Shown: one piece after another, positions 15,001 to 29,580 of the stretch | Numbering within the stretch: position 1 is the first letter of the stretch | Layout of the letters: each line of letters starts with the position of its first letter | Assembly: GCF_009914755.1 (NCBI RefSeq) | Contig: NC_060925.1 | DNA from: the human T2T-CHM13v2.0 reference genome, Homo sapiens | Strand: one strand, 5' to 3' | Length of the DNA: 64,000 nucleotides | Made by a program: the position numbers and the translations under genes | The notes under the pieces: generated by a model | What the model was told of the DNA's origin: nothing | What the model saw: the letters and a program-made list of their open reading frames with translations, nothing else | Database searches by the model: none

Positions 15001-18000
15001 ATCGAATAGAATCATCGAATGGACTCGAATGGAATCATCGAATGGAATGGAATGGAACAGTCAATGAACTCGAATGGAATCATCATTGAATGGAATCGAA
15101 TGGAATCATTGAGTGGAATCGAATGGAATTATGATCAAATGGAATCGAATATAATCATCATCAAATGGAATCAAAAATAACCATCATCAATTGGTATTGA
15201 ATGGAATTCTCATCAAATGGAATTCAAAGGAATCATCATCAAATGGAACTGAATGGAATCCTCATTGAATGGAAATGAAAGGGTCATCATCTAATGGAAT
15301 CGCATGGAATCATCATCAAATGGAATCGAATGGAATCATCATCAAATGGAATCTGATGGAATCATTGAACAGAATTGAATGGAATCGTCATCGAATGAAT
15401 TGAATGCAATCATCGAATGGTCTCGAATATAATCACATTCTAATGGAAAGGAATGGAATCATCGCATAGAATCGAATGGAATTAACATTGAATGGACTCG
15501 AATGGAATCAACATCAAACGGAATCAAGCGGAATTATCGAATGGAATCGAAGAGAATCATCGAATGTTCTCGAATGGAATCATCTTCTAATGGAAAGGAA
15601 TGGAATCATCGCATAGAATCGAATGGAATTAACATTGAATGGACTCGAATGGAATCAACATCAAATGGAATCAAGCGGAATTATCGAATGAAATCGAAGA
15701 GAATCATCGAATGGACTCGAATGGAATCATCTAATGGAATGGAATGGAATAATCCACGGACTCGAATGCAATCATCATCGTATAGAATCGAATGGAATCA
15801 TCGAATGGACTCGAATGGAATAACCATTGAACGGAATCGAATGGAATCATCATCGGATGGAAACGAATGGAATCATCATCGAATGGAAATGAAAGGAGTC
15901 ATCATCTAATGGAATTGCATGGAATCATCATAAAATGGAATCGAATGGAATCAACATCAAATGGAATCAAATGGAATCATTGAACGGAATTGAATGGAAT
16001 CGTCATCGAATGAATTGACTGCAATCATCGAATGGTCTCGAATGGAATCATCTTCAAATGGAATGGAATGGAATCATCGCATAGAATCGAATGGAATTAT
16101 CATCGAATGGAATCGAATGGAATCAACATCAAACGGAAAAAAACGGAATTATCAAATGGAATCGAAGAGAATCATCGAATGGACCCGAATGGAATCATCT
16201 AATGGAATGGAATGGAATAATCCATGGACTCGAATGCAATCATCATCGAATGGAATCGAATGGAATCATCGAATGGACTCGAATGGAATAATCATTGAAC
16301 GGAATCGAATGGAATCATCATCGGATGGAAACGAATGGAATCATCATCGAATGGAAATGAAAGGAGTCATCATCTAATGGAATTGCATGGAATCATCATA
16401 AAATGGAATCGAATGGAATCAACATCAAATGGAATCAAATGGAATCATTGAACGGAATTGAATGGAATCGTCATCGAATGAATTGAATGCAATCATCGAA
16501 TGGTCTCGAATGGAATCATCTTCAAATGGAATGGAATGGAATCATCGCATAGAATCGAATGGAATTATCATCGAATGGAATCGAATGGAATCAACATCAA
16601 ACGGAAAAAAACGGAATTATCGAATGGAATCGAAGAGAATCATCGAATGGACCCGAATGGAATCATCTAATGGAATGGAATGGAATAATCCATGGACTCG
16701 AATGCAATCATCATCGAATGGAATCGAATGGAATCATCGAATGGACTCGAATGGAATAATCATTGAACGGAATCGAATGGAATCATCATTGGATGGAAAT
16801 GAATGGAATCATCATCGAATGGAATCGAATAGAATTATGGAATGAAATCCAGTGTGATCATCATCGAATGGACCCGAATGGAATCATCATCCAACGGAAG
16901 CTAATGGAATCAACATCGAATGAATCGAATGGAAACACCATCGAATTGAAACGAATGGAATTATCATGAAATTGAAATGGATGGACTCATCATCGAATGG
17001 ATTCGAATGGAATCATCGAATAAAATTGATTGAAATCATCATCCAATGGAATCGAATGGTATCATTGAATGGAATCGAATGGAAACATCATCAGATGGAA
17101 ATGAATGGAATCGTCATAGAATGGAATTGAAAGGATTCATTGAATGGAATCAGAAGGAATCATCGAATGGACTGGAATGGAATCATTGAATGGACTCGAA
17201 AGGGATCATGATTGAATGGAATTGAATGGAATCATCGAATGGTCTCGATTTGAATCATTATCAAATGGAATCGAATGGAATCACCGAATAGAATCGAATG
17301 GAACAATCATCGAATGGACTCAAATGGAATTATCCTCCAATGGAATCGAATGGAATTATCGAATGCAATCGAATGGAATTATCGAATGCAATCGAATAGA
17401 ATCATCGAATGGACTCGAATGGAATCATCGAATGGAATGGAATGGAACAGTCAATGAACTCGAATGGAATCATCATTGAATGGAATCGAATGGAATCATC
17501 GAGTGGAATCGAATGGAATTATGATCAAATGGAATCGAATGTAATCATCATCAAATGGAATCAAAAATAACCATCATCAATTGGTATTGAATGGAATTGT
17601 CATCAAATGGAATTCAAAGGAATCATCATCAAATGGAACCGAATGGAATCCTCATTGAATGGAAATGAAAGGGGTCATCATCTAATGGAATCGAATGGAA
17701 TCATCATCAAATGGAATCGAATGGAATCATCATCAAATGGAATCTAATGGAATCATTGAACAGAATTGAATGGAATCGTCATCGAATGAATTGAGTGCAA
17801 TCATCGAATGGTCTCGAATGGAATCATCTTCTAATGGAAAGGAATGGAATCATCGCATAGAATCGAATGGAATTATCATCGAATGGAATCGAATGGTATC
17901 AACACCAAACGGAAAAAAACGGAATTATCGAATGGAATCGAAGAGAATCTTCGAACGGACCCGAATGGAATCATCTAATGGAATGGAATGGAATAATCCA

Positions 18001-19829
18001 TGGACTCGAATGCAATCATCATCGAATGGAAACGAATGGAATCATCGAATGGACTCGAATGGAATAATCATTGAACGGAATCGATTGGAATCATCATCGG
18101 ATGGAAACAAATGGAATCATCATCGAATGGAAATGAAAGGAGTCATCATCTAATGGAATTGCATGGAATCATCATAAAATGGAATCGAATGGAATCAACA
18201 TCAAATGGAATCAAATGGAATCATTGAACGGAATTGAATGGAATCTTCATCGAATGAATTGAATGCAATCATCGAATGGTCTCGAATGGAATCATCTTCA
18301 AATGGAATGGAATGGAATCATCGCATAGAATCGAATGGAATTATCATCGAATGGAATCGAATGGAATCAACATCAAACGGAAAAAAACGGAATTATCGAA
18401 TGGAATCGAAGAGAATCATCGAATGGACCCGAATGGAATCATCTAATGGAATGGAATGGAATAATCCATGGACTCGAATGCAATCATCATCGAATGGAAT
18501 CGAATGGAATCATCGAATGGACTCGAATGGAATAATCATTGAACGGAATCGAATGGAATCATCATCGGATGGAAATGAATGGAATCATCATCGAATGGAA
18601 TCGAATAGAATTATGGAATGAAATCCAGTGTGATCATCATCGAATGGACCCGAATGGAATCATCATCCAACGGAAGCTAATGGAATCAACATCGAATGAA
18701 TCGAATGGAAACACCATCGAATTGAAACGAATGGAATTATCATGAAATTGAAATGGATGGACTCATCATCGAATGGATTCGAATGGAATCATCGAATAAA
18801 ATTGATTGAAATCATCATCCAATGGAATCGAATGGTATCATTGAATGGAATCGAATGGAATCATCATCAGATGGAAATGAATGGAATCGTCATAGAATGG
18901 AATCGAATGGATTCATTGAATGGAATCAGATGGAATCATCGAATGGACTGGAATGGAATCATTGAATGGACTCGAAAGGGATCATGATTGAATGGAATTG
19001 AATGGAATCATCGAATGGTCTCGATTGGAATCATTATCAAATGGAATCGAATGGAATCACCGAATAGAATCGAATGGAACAATCATCGAATGGACTCAAA
19101 TGGAATTATCCTCAAATGGAATCGAATGGAATTATCAAATGCAATCGAAAGAATTATCGAATGCAATCGAATAGAATCATCGAATGGACTCGAATGGAAT
19201 CATCGAATGGAATGGAATGGAACAGTCAATGAACTCGAATGGAATCATCATTGAATGGAATCGAATGGAATCATCGAGTGGAATCGAATGGAATTATGAT
19301 CAAATGGAATCGAATGTTATCATCATCAAATGGAATCAAAAATAACCATCATCAATTGGTATTGAATGGAATTGTCATCAAATGGAATTCAAAGGAATCA
19401 TCATCAAATGGAACCGAATGGAATCCTCATTGAATGGAAATGAAAGGGGTCATCATCTAATGGAATCGCATGGAATCATCATCAAATGGAATCGAATGGA
19501 ATCATCATCAAATGGAATCTAATGGAATCATTGAACAGAATTGAATGGAATCGTCATCGAATGAATTGAATGCAATCATCGAATGGTCTCGAATGGAATC
19601 ATCATCTAATGGAAAGGAATGGAATCATCGCATAGAATCGAATGGAATTATCATCGAATGGAATCGAATGGTATCAACACCAAACGGAAAAAAACGGAAT
19701 TATCGAATGGAATCGAAGAGAATCTTCGAACGGACCCGAATGGAATCATCTAATGGAATGGAATGGAATAATCCATGGACTCGAATGCAATCATCATCGA
19801 ATGGAATCGAATGGAATCATCGAATGGAC

Positions 19830-22800
19830 TTGAATGGAATAATCATTGAACGGAATCGAATGGAATCATCATCGGATGGAAATGAATGGAATCATGATCG
19901 AATGGAATCGAATAGAATTATGGAATGAAATCCAGTGTGATCATCATCGAATGAACCCGAATGGAATCATCATCCAACGGAAGCTAATGGAATCAACATC
20001 GAATGAATCGAATGGAAACACCATCGAATTGAAACGAATGGAATTATCTTGAAATTGTAATGGATGGACTCATCATCGAATGGATTCGAATGGAATCATC
20101 GAATAAAATTGATTGAAATCATCATCCAATGGAATCGAATGGTATCATTGAATGGAATCGAATGGAATCATCATCAGATGGAAATGAATGGAATCGTCAT
20201 AGAATGGAATCGAATGGATTCATTGAATGGAATCAGATGGAATCATCGAATGGACTGGAATGGAATCATTGAATGGACTCAAAAGGGATCATGATTGAAT
20301 GGAATTGAATGGAATCATCGAATGGTCTCGATTGGAATCATTATCAAATGGAATCGAATGGAATCACCGAATAGAATCGAATGGAACAATCATCGAATGG
20401 ACTCAAATGGAATTATCCTCCAATGGAATCGAATGGAATTATCGAATGCAATCGAATGGAATTATCGAATGCAATCGAATAGAATCATCGAATGGACTCG
20501 AATGGAATCATCGAATGGAATGGAATGGAACAGTCAATGAACTCGAATGGAATCATCATTGAATGGAATCGAATGGAATCATCGAGTGGAATCGAATGGA
20601 ATTATGATCAAATGGAATCGAATATAATCATCATCAAATGGAATCAGAAATAACCATCATCAATTGGTATTGAATGGAATTCTCATCAAATGGAATTCAA
20701 AGGAATCATCATCAAATGGAACTGAATGGAATCCTCATTGAATGGAAATGAAAGGGGTCATCATCTAATGGAATCGCATGGAATCATCATCAAATGGAAT
20801 CGAATGGAATCATCATCAAATGGAATCTGATGGAATCATTGAACAGAATTGAATGGAATCGTCATCGAATGAATTGAATGCAATCATCGAATGGTCTCGA
20901 ATGTAATCACATTCTAATGGAAAGGAATGGAATCATCGCATAGAATCGAATGGAATTAACATTGAATGGACTCGAATGGAATCAACATCAAACGGAATCA
21001 AGCGGAATTATCGAATGGAATCGAAGAGAATCATCGAATGGTCTCGAATGGAATCATCTTCTAATGGAAAGGAATGGAATCATCGCATAGAATCGAATAG
21101 AATTAACATTGAATGGACTCGAATGGAATCAACATCAAATGGAATCAAGCGGAATTATCGAATGAAATCGAAGAGAATCATCGAATGGACTCGAATGGAA
21201 TCATCTAATGGAATGGAATGGAATAATCCACGGACTCGAATGCAATCATCATCGTATAGAATCGAATGGAATCATCGAATGGACTCGAATGGAATAACCA
21301 TTGAACGGAATCGAATGGAATCATCATCGGATGGAAACGAATGGAATCATCATCGAATGGAAATGTAAGGAGTCATCATCTAATGGAATTGCATGGAATC
21401 ATCATAAAATGGAATCGAATGGAATCATCATCAAATGGAATCTAATGGAATCATTGAACAGAATTGAATGGAATCGTCATCGAATGAATTGAATGCAATC
21501 ATCGAATGGTCTCGAATGGAATCATCTTCTAATGGAAAGGAATGGAATCATCGCATAGAATCGAATGGAATTATCATCGAATGGAATCGAATGGTATCAA
21601 CACCAAACGGAAAAAAACGGAATTATCGAATGGAATCGAAGAGAATCTTCGAACGGACCCGAATGGAATCATCTAATGGAATGGAATGGAATAATCCATG
21701 GACTCGAATGCAATCATCATCGAATGGAATCGAATGGAATCATCGAATGGACTCGAATGGAATAATCATTGAACGGAATCGAATGGAATCATCATCGGAT
21801 GGAAACGAATGGAATCATCATCGAATGGAAATGAAAGGAGTCATCATCTAATGGAATTGCATGGAATCATCATAAAATGGAATCGAATGGAATCAACATC
21901 AAATAGAATCAAATGGAATCATTGAACGGAATTGAATGGAATCGTCATCGAATGAATTGACTGCAATCATCCAATGGTCTCGAATGGAATCATCTTCAAA
22001 TGGAATGGAATGGAATCATCGCATAGAATCGAATGGAATTATCATCGAATGGAATCGAATGGAATCAACATCCAACGGAAAAAAACGGAATTATCGACTG
22101 GAATCGAAGAGAATCATCGAATGGACCCGAATGGAATCATCTAATGGAATGGAATGGAATAATCCATGGACTCGAATGCAATCATCATCGAATGGAATCG
22201 AATGGAATCATCGAATGGACTCGAATGGAATAATCATTGAACGGAATCGAATGAAATCATCATCGGATGGAAATGAATGGAATCATCATCGAATGGAATC
22301 GAATAGAATTATGGAATGAAACCCAGTGTGATCATCATCGAATGGACCCGAATGGAATCATCATCCAACGGAAGCTAATGGAATCAACATCGAATGAATC
22401 GAATGGAAACACCATCGAATTGAAACGAATGGAATTATCATGAAATTGAAATGGATGGACTCATCATCGAATGGATTCGAATGGAATCATCGAATAAAAT
22501 TGATTGAAATCATCATCCAATGGAATCGAATGGTATCATTGAATGGAATCGAATGGAATCATCATCAGATGGAAATGAATGGAATCGTCATAGAATGGAA
22601 TCGAATGGATTCATTGAATGGAATCAGATGGAATCATCGAATGGACTGGAATGGAATCATTGAATGGACTCGAAAGGGATCATTATTGAATGGAATTGAA
22701 TGGAATCATCGAATGGTCTCGATTCAATCATTATCAAATGGAATCGAATGGAATCACCGAATAGAATCGAATGGAACAATCATCGAATGGACTCAAATGG

Positions 22801-25660
22801 AACTATCCTCCAATGGAATCGAATGGAATTATCGAATGCAATCGAATGGAATTATCGAATGCAATCGAATAGAATCATCGAATGGACTCGAATGGAATCA
22901 TCGAATGGAATGGAATGGAACAGTCAATGAACTCGAATGGAATCATCATTGAATGGAATCGAATGGAATCATCGAGTGGAATCGAATGGAATTATGATCA
23001 AATGGAATCGAATGTAATCATCATCAAATGGAATCAAAAATAACCATCATCAATTGGTATTGAATGGAATTGTCATCAAATGGAATTCAAAGGAATCATC
23101 ATCAAATGGAACCGAATGGAATCCTCATTGAATGGAAATGAAAGGGGTCATCATCTAATGGAATCGCAGGGAATCAACATCAAATGGAATCGAATGGAAT
23201 CATCATCAAATGGAATCTAATGGAATCATTGAACAGAATTGAATGGAATCGTCATCGAATGAATTGAATGCAATCTTCGAATGGTCTCGAATGGAATCAT
23301 CTTCTAATGGAAAGGAATGGAATCATCGCATAGAATCGAATGGAATTATCATCGAATGGAATCGAATGGTATCAACACCAAACGGAAAAAAACGGAATTA
23401 TCGAATGGAATCGAAGAGAATCTTCGAACGGACCCGAATGGAATCATCTAATGAATGGAATGGAATAATCCATGGACTCGAATGCAATCATCATCGAATG
23501 GAATCGAATGGAATCATCGAATGGACTCGAATGGAATAATCATTGAACGGAATCGATTGGAATCATCATCGGATGGAAACGAATGGAATCATCATCGAAT
23601 GGAAATGAAAGGAGTCATCATCTAATGGAATTGCATGGAATCATCATAAAATGAAATCGAATGGAATCAACATCAAATGGAATCAAATGGAATCATTGAA
23701 CGGAATTGAATGGAATCGTCATCGAATGAATTGACTGCAATCATCGAATGGTCTCGAATGGAATCATCTTCAAATGGAATGGAATGGAATCATCGCATAG
23801 AATCGAATGGAATTATCATCGAATGGAATCGAATGGAATCAACATCAAACGGAAAAAAACGGAATTATCGAATGGAATCGAAGAGAATCATCGAATGGAC
23901 CCGAATGGAATCATCTAATGGAATGGAATGGAATAATCCATGGACTCGAATGCAATCATCATCGAATGGAATCGAATGGAATCATCGAATGGACTCGAAT
24001 GGAATAATCATTGAACGGAATCGAATGGAATCATCATCGGATGGAAATGAATGGAATCATCATCGAATGGAATCGAATAGAATTATGGAATGAAATCCAG
24101 TGTGATCATCATCGAATGGACGCGAATGGAATCATCATCCAACGGAAGCTAATGGAATCAACATCGAATGAATCGAATGGAAACACCATCGAATTGAAAC
24201 GAATGGAATTGTCATGAAATTGAAATGGATGGACTCATCATCGAATGGATTCGAATGGAATCATCGAATAAAATTGATTGAAATCATCATCCAATGGAAT
24301 CGAATGGTATCATTGAATGGAATCGAATGGAATCATCATCAGATGGAAATGAATGGAATCGTCATAGAATGGAATCGAATGGATTCATTGAATGGAATCA
24401 GATGGAATCATCGAATGGACTGGAATGGAATCATTGAATGGACTCGAAAGGGATCATTATTGAATGGAATTGAATGGAAGCATCGAATGGTCTCGATTGG
24501 AATCATTATCAAATGGAATCGAATGGAATCACCGAATAGAATCGAATGGAACAATCATCGAATGGACTCAAATGGAATTATCCTCCAATGGAATCGAATG
24601 GAATTATCGAATGCAATCGAATGGAATTATCGAATGCAATCGAATGGAATTATCGAATGCAATCGAATAGAATCATCGAATGGACTCGAATGGAATCATC
24701 GAATGGAATGGAATGGAACAGTCAATGAACTCGAATGGAATCATCATTGAATGGAATCGAATGGAATCATCGAGTGGAATCGAATGGAATTATGATCAAA
24801 TGGAATCGAATGTAATCATCATCAAATGGAATTAAAAATAACCATCATCAATTGGTATTGAATGGAATTGTCATCAAATGGAATTCAAAGGAATCATCAT
24901 CAAATGGAACCGAATGGAATCCTCATTGAATGGAAATGAAAGGGGTCATCATCTAATGGAATCGCATGGAATCATCATCAAATGGAATCGAATGGAATCA
25001 TCATCAAATGGAATCTAATGGAATCATTGAACAGAATTGAATGGAATCGTCATCGAATGAATTGAATGCAATCATCGAATGGTCTCGAATGGAATCATCT
25101 TCTAATGGAAAGGAATGGAATCATCGCATAGAATCGAATGGAATTAACATTGAATGGACTCGAATGGAATCAACATCAAATGGAATCAAGCGGAATTATC
25201 GAATGAAATCGAAGAGAATCATCGAATGGACTCGAATGGAATCATCTAATGGAATGGAATGGAATAATCCACGGACTCGAATGCAATCATCATCGTATAG
25301 AATCGAATGGAATCATCGAATGGACTCGAATGGAATAACCATTGAACGGAATCGAATGGAATCATCATCGGATGGAAACGAATGGAATCATCATCGAATG
25401 GAAATGAAAGGAGTCATCATCTAATGGAATTGCATGGAATCATCATAAAATGGAATCGAATGGAATCAACATCAAATGGAATCAAATGGAATCATTGAAC
25501 GGAATTGAATGGAATCGTCATCGAATGAATTGACTGCAATCATCGAATGGTCTCGAATGGAATCATCTTCAAATGGAATGGAATGGAATCATCGCATAGA
25601 ATCGAATGGAATTATCATCGAATGGAATCGAATGGAATCAACATCAAACGGAAAAAAACG
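19830..25660 (+). repeat. ~5.8-kb duplicated block, copy of ~8390-14220 (offset 11,438/11,437)
   Basis: Rare variants are shared in the same order: GGACTTGAA, AAATTGTAATGG, AAATGTAAGG, TCAAATAGAA, AAACCCAGTG, TCGATTCAAT, CGCAGGG, GGACGCG. ORF pairs 8626/20064, 9538/20976, 11002/22440 and 11805/23243 share the offset. Confidence 0.9.
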
Positions 25661-28600
25661 GAATTATCAAATGGAATCGAAGAGAATCATCGAATGGACC
25701 CGAATGGAATCATCTAATGGAATGGAATGGAATAATCCATGGACTCGAATGCAATCATCATCGAATGGAATCGAATGGAATCATCGAATGGACTCGAATG
25801 GAATAATCATTGAACGGAATCGAATGGAATCATCATCGGATGGAAATGAATGGAATCATCATCGAATGGAATCGAATAGAATTATGGAATGAAATCCAGT
25901 GTGATCATCATCGAATGGACCCGAATGGAATCATCATCCAACGGAAGCTAATGGAATCAACATCGAATGAATCGAATGGAAACACCATCGAATTGAAACG
26001 AATGGAATTGTCATGAAATTGAAATGGATGGACTCATCATCGAATGGATTCGAATGGAATCATCGAATAAAATTGATTGAAATCATCATCCAATGGAATC
26101 GAATGGTATCATTGAGTGGAATCGAATGGAATCATCATCAGATGGAAATGAATGGAATCGTCATAGAATGGAATCGAATGGATTCATTGAATGGAATCAG
26201 ATGGAATCATCGAATGGACTGGAATGGAATCATTGAATGGACTCGAAAGGGATCATTATTGAATGGAATTGAATGGAAGCATCGAATGGTCTCGATTGGA
26301 ATCATTATCAAATGGAATCGAATGGAATCACCGAATAGAATCGAATGGAACAATCATCGAATGGACTCAAATGGAATTATCCTCCAATGGAATCGAATGG
26401 AATTATCGAATGCAATCGAATGGAATTATCGAATGCAATCGAATGGAATTATCGAATGCAATCGAATAGAATCATCGAATGGACTCGAATGGAATCATCG
26501 AATGGAATGGAATGGAACAGTCAATGAACTCGAATGGAATCATCATTGAATGGAATCGAATGGAATCATCGAGTGGAATCGAATGGAATTATGATCAAAT
26601 GGAATCGAATGTAATCATCATCAAATGGAATTAAAAATAACCATCATCAATTGGTATTGAATGGAATTGTCATCAAATGGAATTCAAAGGAATCATCATC
26701 AAATGGAACCGAATGGAATGTTAATTGAATGGAAATGAAAGGGGTCATCATCTAATGGAATCGCATGGAATCATCATCAAATGGAATCGAATGGAATCAT
26801 CATCAAATGGAATCTAATGGAATCATTGAACAGAATTGAATGGAATCGTCATCGAATGAATTGAATGCAATCATCGAATGGTCTCGAATGGAATCATCTT
26901 CTAATGGAAAGGAATGGAATCATCGCATAGAATCGAATGGAATTAACATTGAATGGACTCGAATGGAATCAACATCAAATGGAATCAAGCGGAATTATCG
27001 AATGAAATCGAAGAGAATCATCGAATGGACTCGAATGGAATCATCTAATGGAATGGAATGGAATAATCCACGGACTCGAATGCAATCATCATCGTATAGA
27101 ATCGAATGGAATCATCGAATGGACTCGAATGGAATAACCATTGAACGGAATCGAATGGAATCATCATCGGATGGAAACGAATGGAATCATCATCGAATGG
27201 AAATGAAAGGAGTCATCATCTAATGGAATTGCATGGAATCATCATAAAATGGAATCGAATGGAATCAACATCAAATGGAATCAAATGGAATCATTGAACG
27301 GAATTGAATGGAATCGTCATCGAATGAATTGACTGCAATCATCGAATGGTCTCGAATGGAATCATCTTCAAATGGAATGGAATGGAATCATCGCATAGAA
27401 TCGAATGGAATTATCATCGAATGGAATCGAATGGAATCAACATCAAACGGAAAAAAACGGAATTATCAAATGGAATCGAAGAGAATCATCGAATGGACCC
27501 GAATGGAATCATCTAATGGAATGGAATGGAATAATCCATGGACTCGAATGCAATCATCATCGAATGGAATCGAATGGAATCATCGAATGGACTCGAATGG
27601 AATAATCATTGAACGGAATAGAATGGAATCATCATCGGATGGAAATGAATGGAATCATCATCGAATGGAATCGAATAGAATTATGGAATGAAATCCAGTG
27701 TGATCATCATCGAATGGACCCGAATGGAATCATCATCCAACGGAAGCTAATGGAATCAACATCGAATGAATCGAATGGAAACACCATCGAATTGAAACGA
27801 ATGGAATTGTCATGAAATTGAAATGGATGGACTCATCATCGAATGGATTCGAATGGAATCATCGAATAAAATTGATTGAAATCATCATCCAATGGAATCG
27901 AATGGTATCATTGAATGGAATCGAATGGAATCATCATCAGATGGAAATGAATGGAATCGTCATAGAATGGAATCGAATGGATTCATTGAATGGAATCAGA
28001 TGGAATCATCGAATGGACTGGAATGGAATCATTGAATGGACTCGAAAGGGATCATTATTGAATGGAATTGAATGGAAGCATCGAATGGTCTCGATTGGAA
28101 TCATTATCAAATGGAATCGAATGGAATCACCGAATAGAATCGAATGGAACAATCATCGAATGGACTCAAATGGAATTATCCTCCAATGGAATCGAATGGA
28201 ATTATCGAATGCAATCGAATGGAATTATCGAATGCAATCGAATGGAATTATCGAATGCAATCGAATAGAATCATCGAATGGACTCGAATGGAATCATCGA
28301 ATGGAATGGAATGGAACAGTCAATGAACTCGAATGGAATCATCATTGAATGGAATCGAATGGAATCATCGAGTGGAATCGAATGGAATTATGATCAAATG
28401 GAATCGAATGTAATCATCATCAAATGGAATTAAAAATAACCATCATCAATTGGTATTGAATGGAATTGTCATCAAATGGAATTCAAAGGAATCATCATCA
28501 AATGGAACCGAATGGAATCCTCATTGAATGGAAATGAAAGGGGTCATCATCTAATGGAATCGCATGGAATCATCATCAAATGGAATCGAATGGAATCATC

Positions 28601-29580
28601 ATCAAATGGAATCTAATGGAATCATTGAACAGAATTGAATGGAATCGTCATCGAATGAATTGAATGCAATCATCGAATGGTCTCGAATGGAATCATCTTC
28701 TAATGGAAAGGAATGGAATCATCGCATAGAATCGAATGGAATTAACATTGAATGGACTCGAATGGAATCAACATCAAATGGAATCAAGCGGAATTATCGA
28801 ATGAAATCGAAGAGAATCATCGAATGGACTCGAATGGAATCATCTAATGGAATGGAATGGAATAATCCACGGACTCGAATGCAATCATCATCGTATAGAA
28901 TCGAATGGAATCATCGAATGGACTCGAATGGAATAACCATTGAACGGAATCGAATGGAATCATCATCGGATGGAAACGAATGGAATCATCATCGAATGGA
29001 AATGAAAGGAGTCATCATCTAATGGAATTGCATGGAATCATCATAAAATGGAATCGAATGGAATCAACATCAAATGGAATCAAATGGAATCATTGAACGG
29101 AATTGAATGGAATCGTCATCGAATGAATTGACTGCAATCATCGAATGGTCTCGAATGGAATCATCTTCAAATGGAATGGAATGGAATCATCGCATAGAAT
29201 CGAATGGAATTATCATCGAATGGAATCGAATGGAATCAACATCAAACGGAAAAAAACGGAATTATCAAATGGAATCGAAGAGAATCATCGAATGGACCCG
29301 AATGGAATCATCTAATGGAATGGAATGGAATAATCCATGGACTCGAATGCAATCATCATCCAATGGAATCGAATGGAATCATCGAATGGACTCGAATGGA
29401 ATAATCATTGAACGGAATCGAATGGAATCATCATCGGATGGAAATGAATGGAATCATCATCGAATGGAATCGAATAGAATTATGGAATGAAATCCAGTGT
29501 GATCATCATCGAATGGACCCGAATGGAATCATCATCCAACGGAAGCTAATGGAATCAACATCGAATGAATCAAATGGAAA
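23700..29580 (+). repeat. Tandem triplication of a 1,799-bp variant unit
   Basis: Near-identical ORFs at 24214/26013/27812 and 25041/26840/28639 (period 1,799 = 1,776+23). Shared markers are GGAAGCATCG, GGAATTAAAAATA and the divergent subrepeat. Confidence 0.9.
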
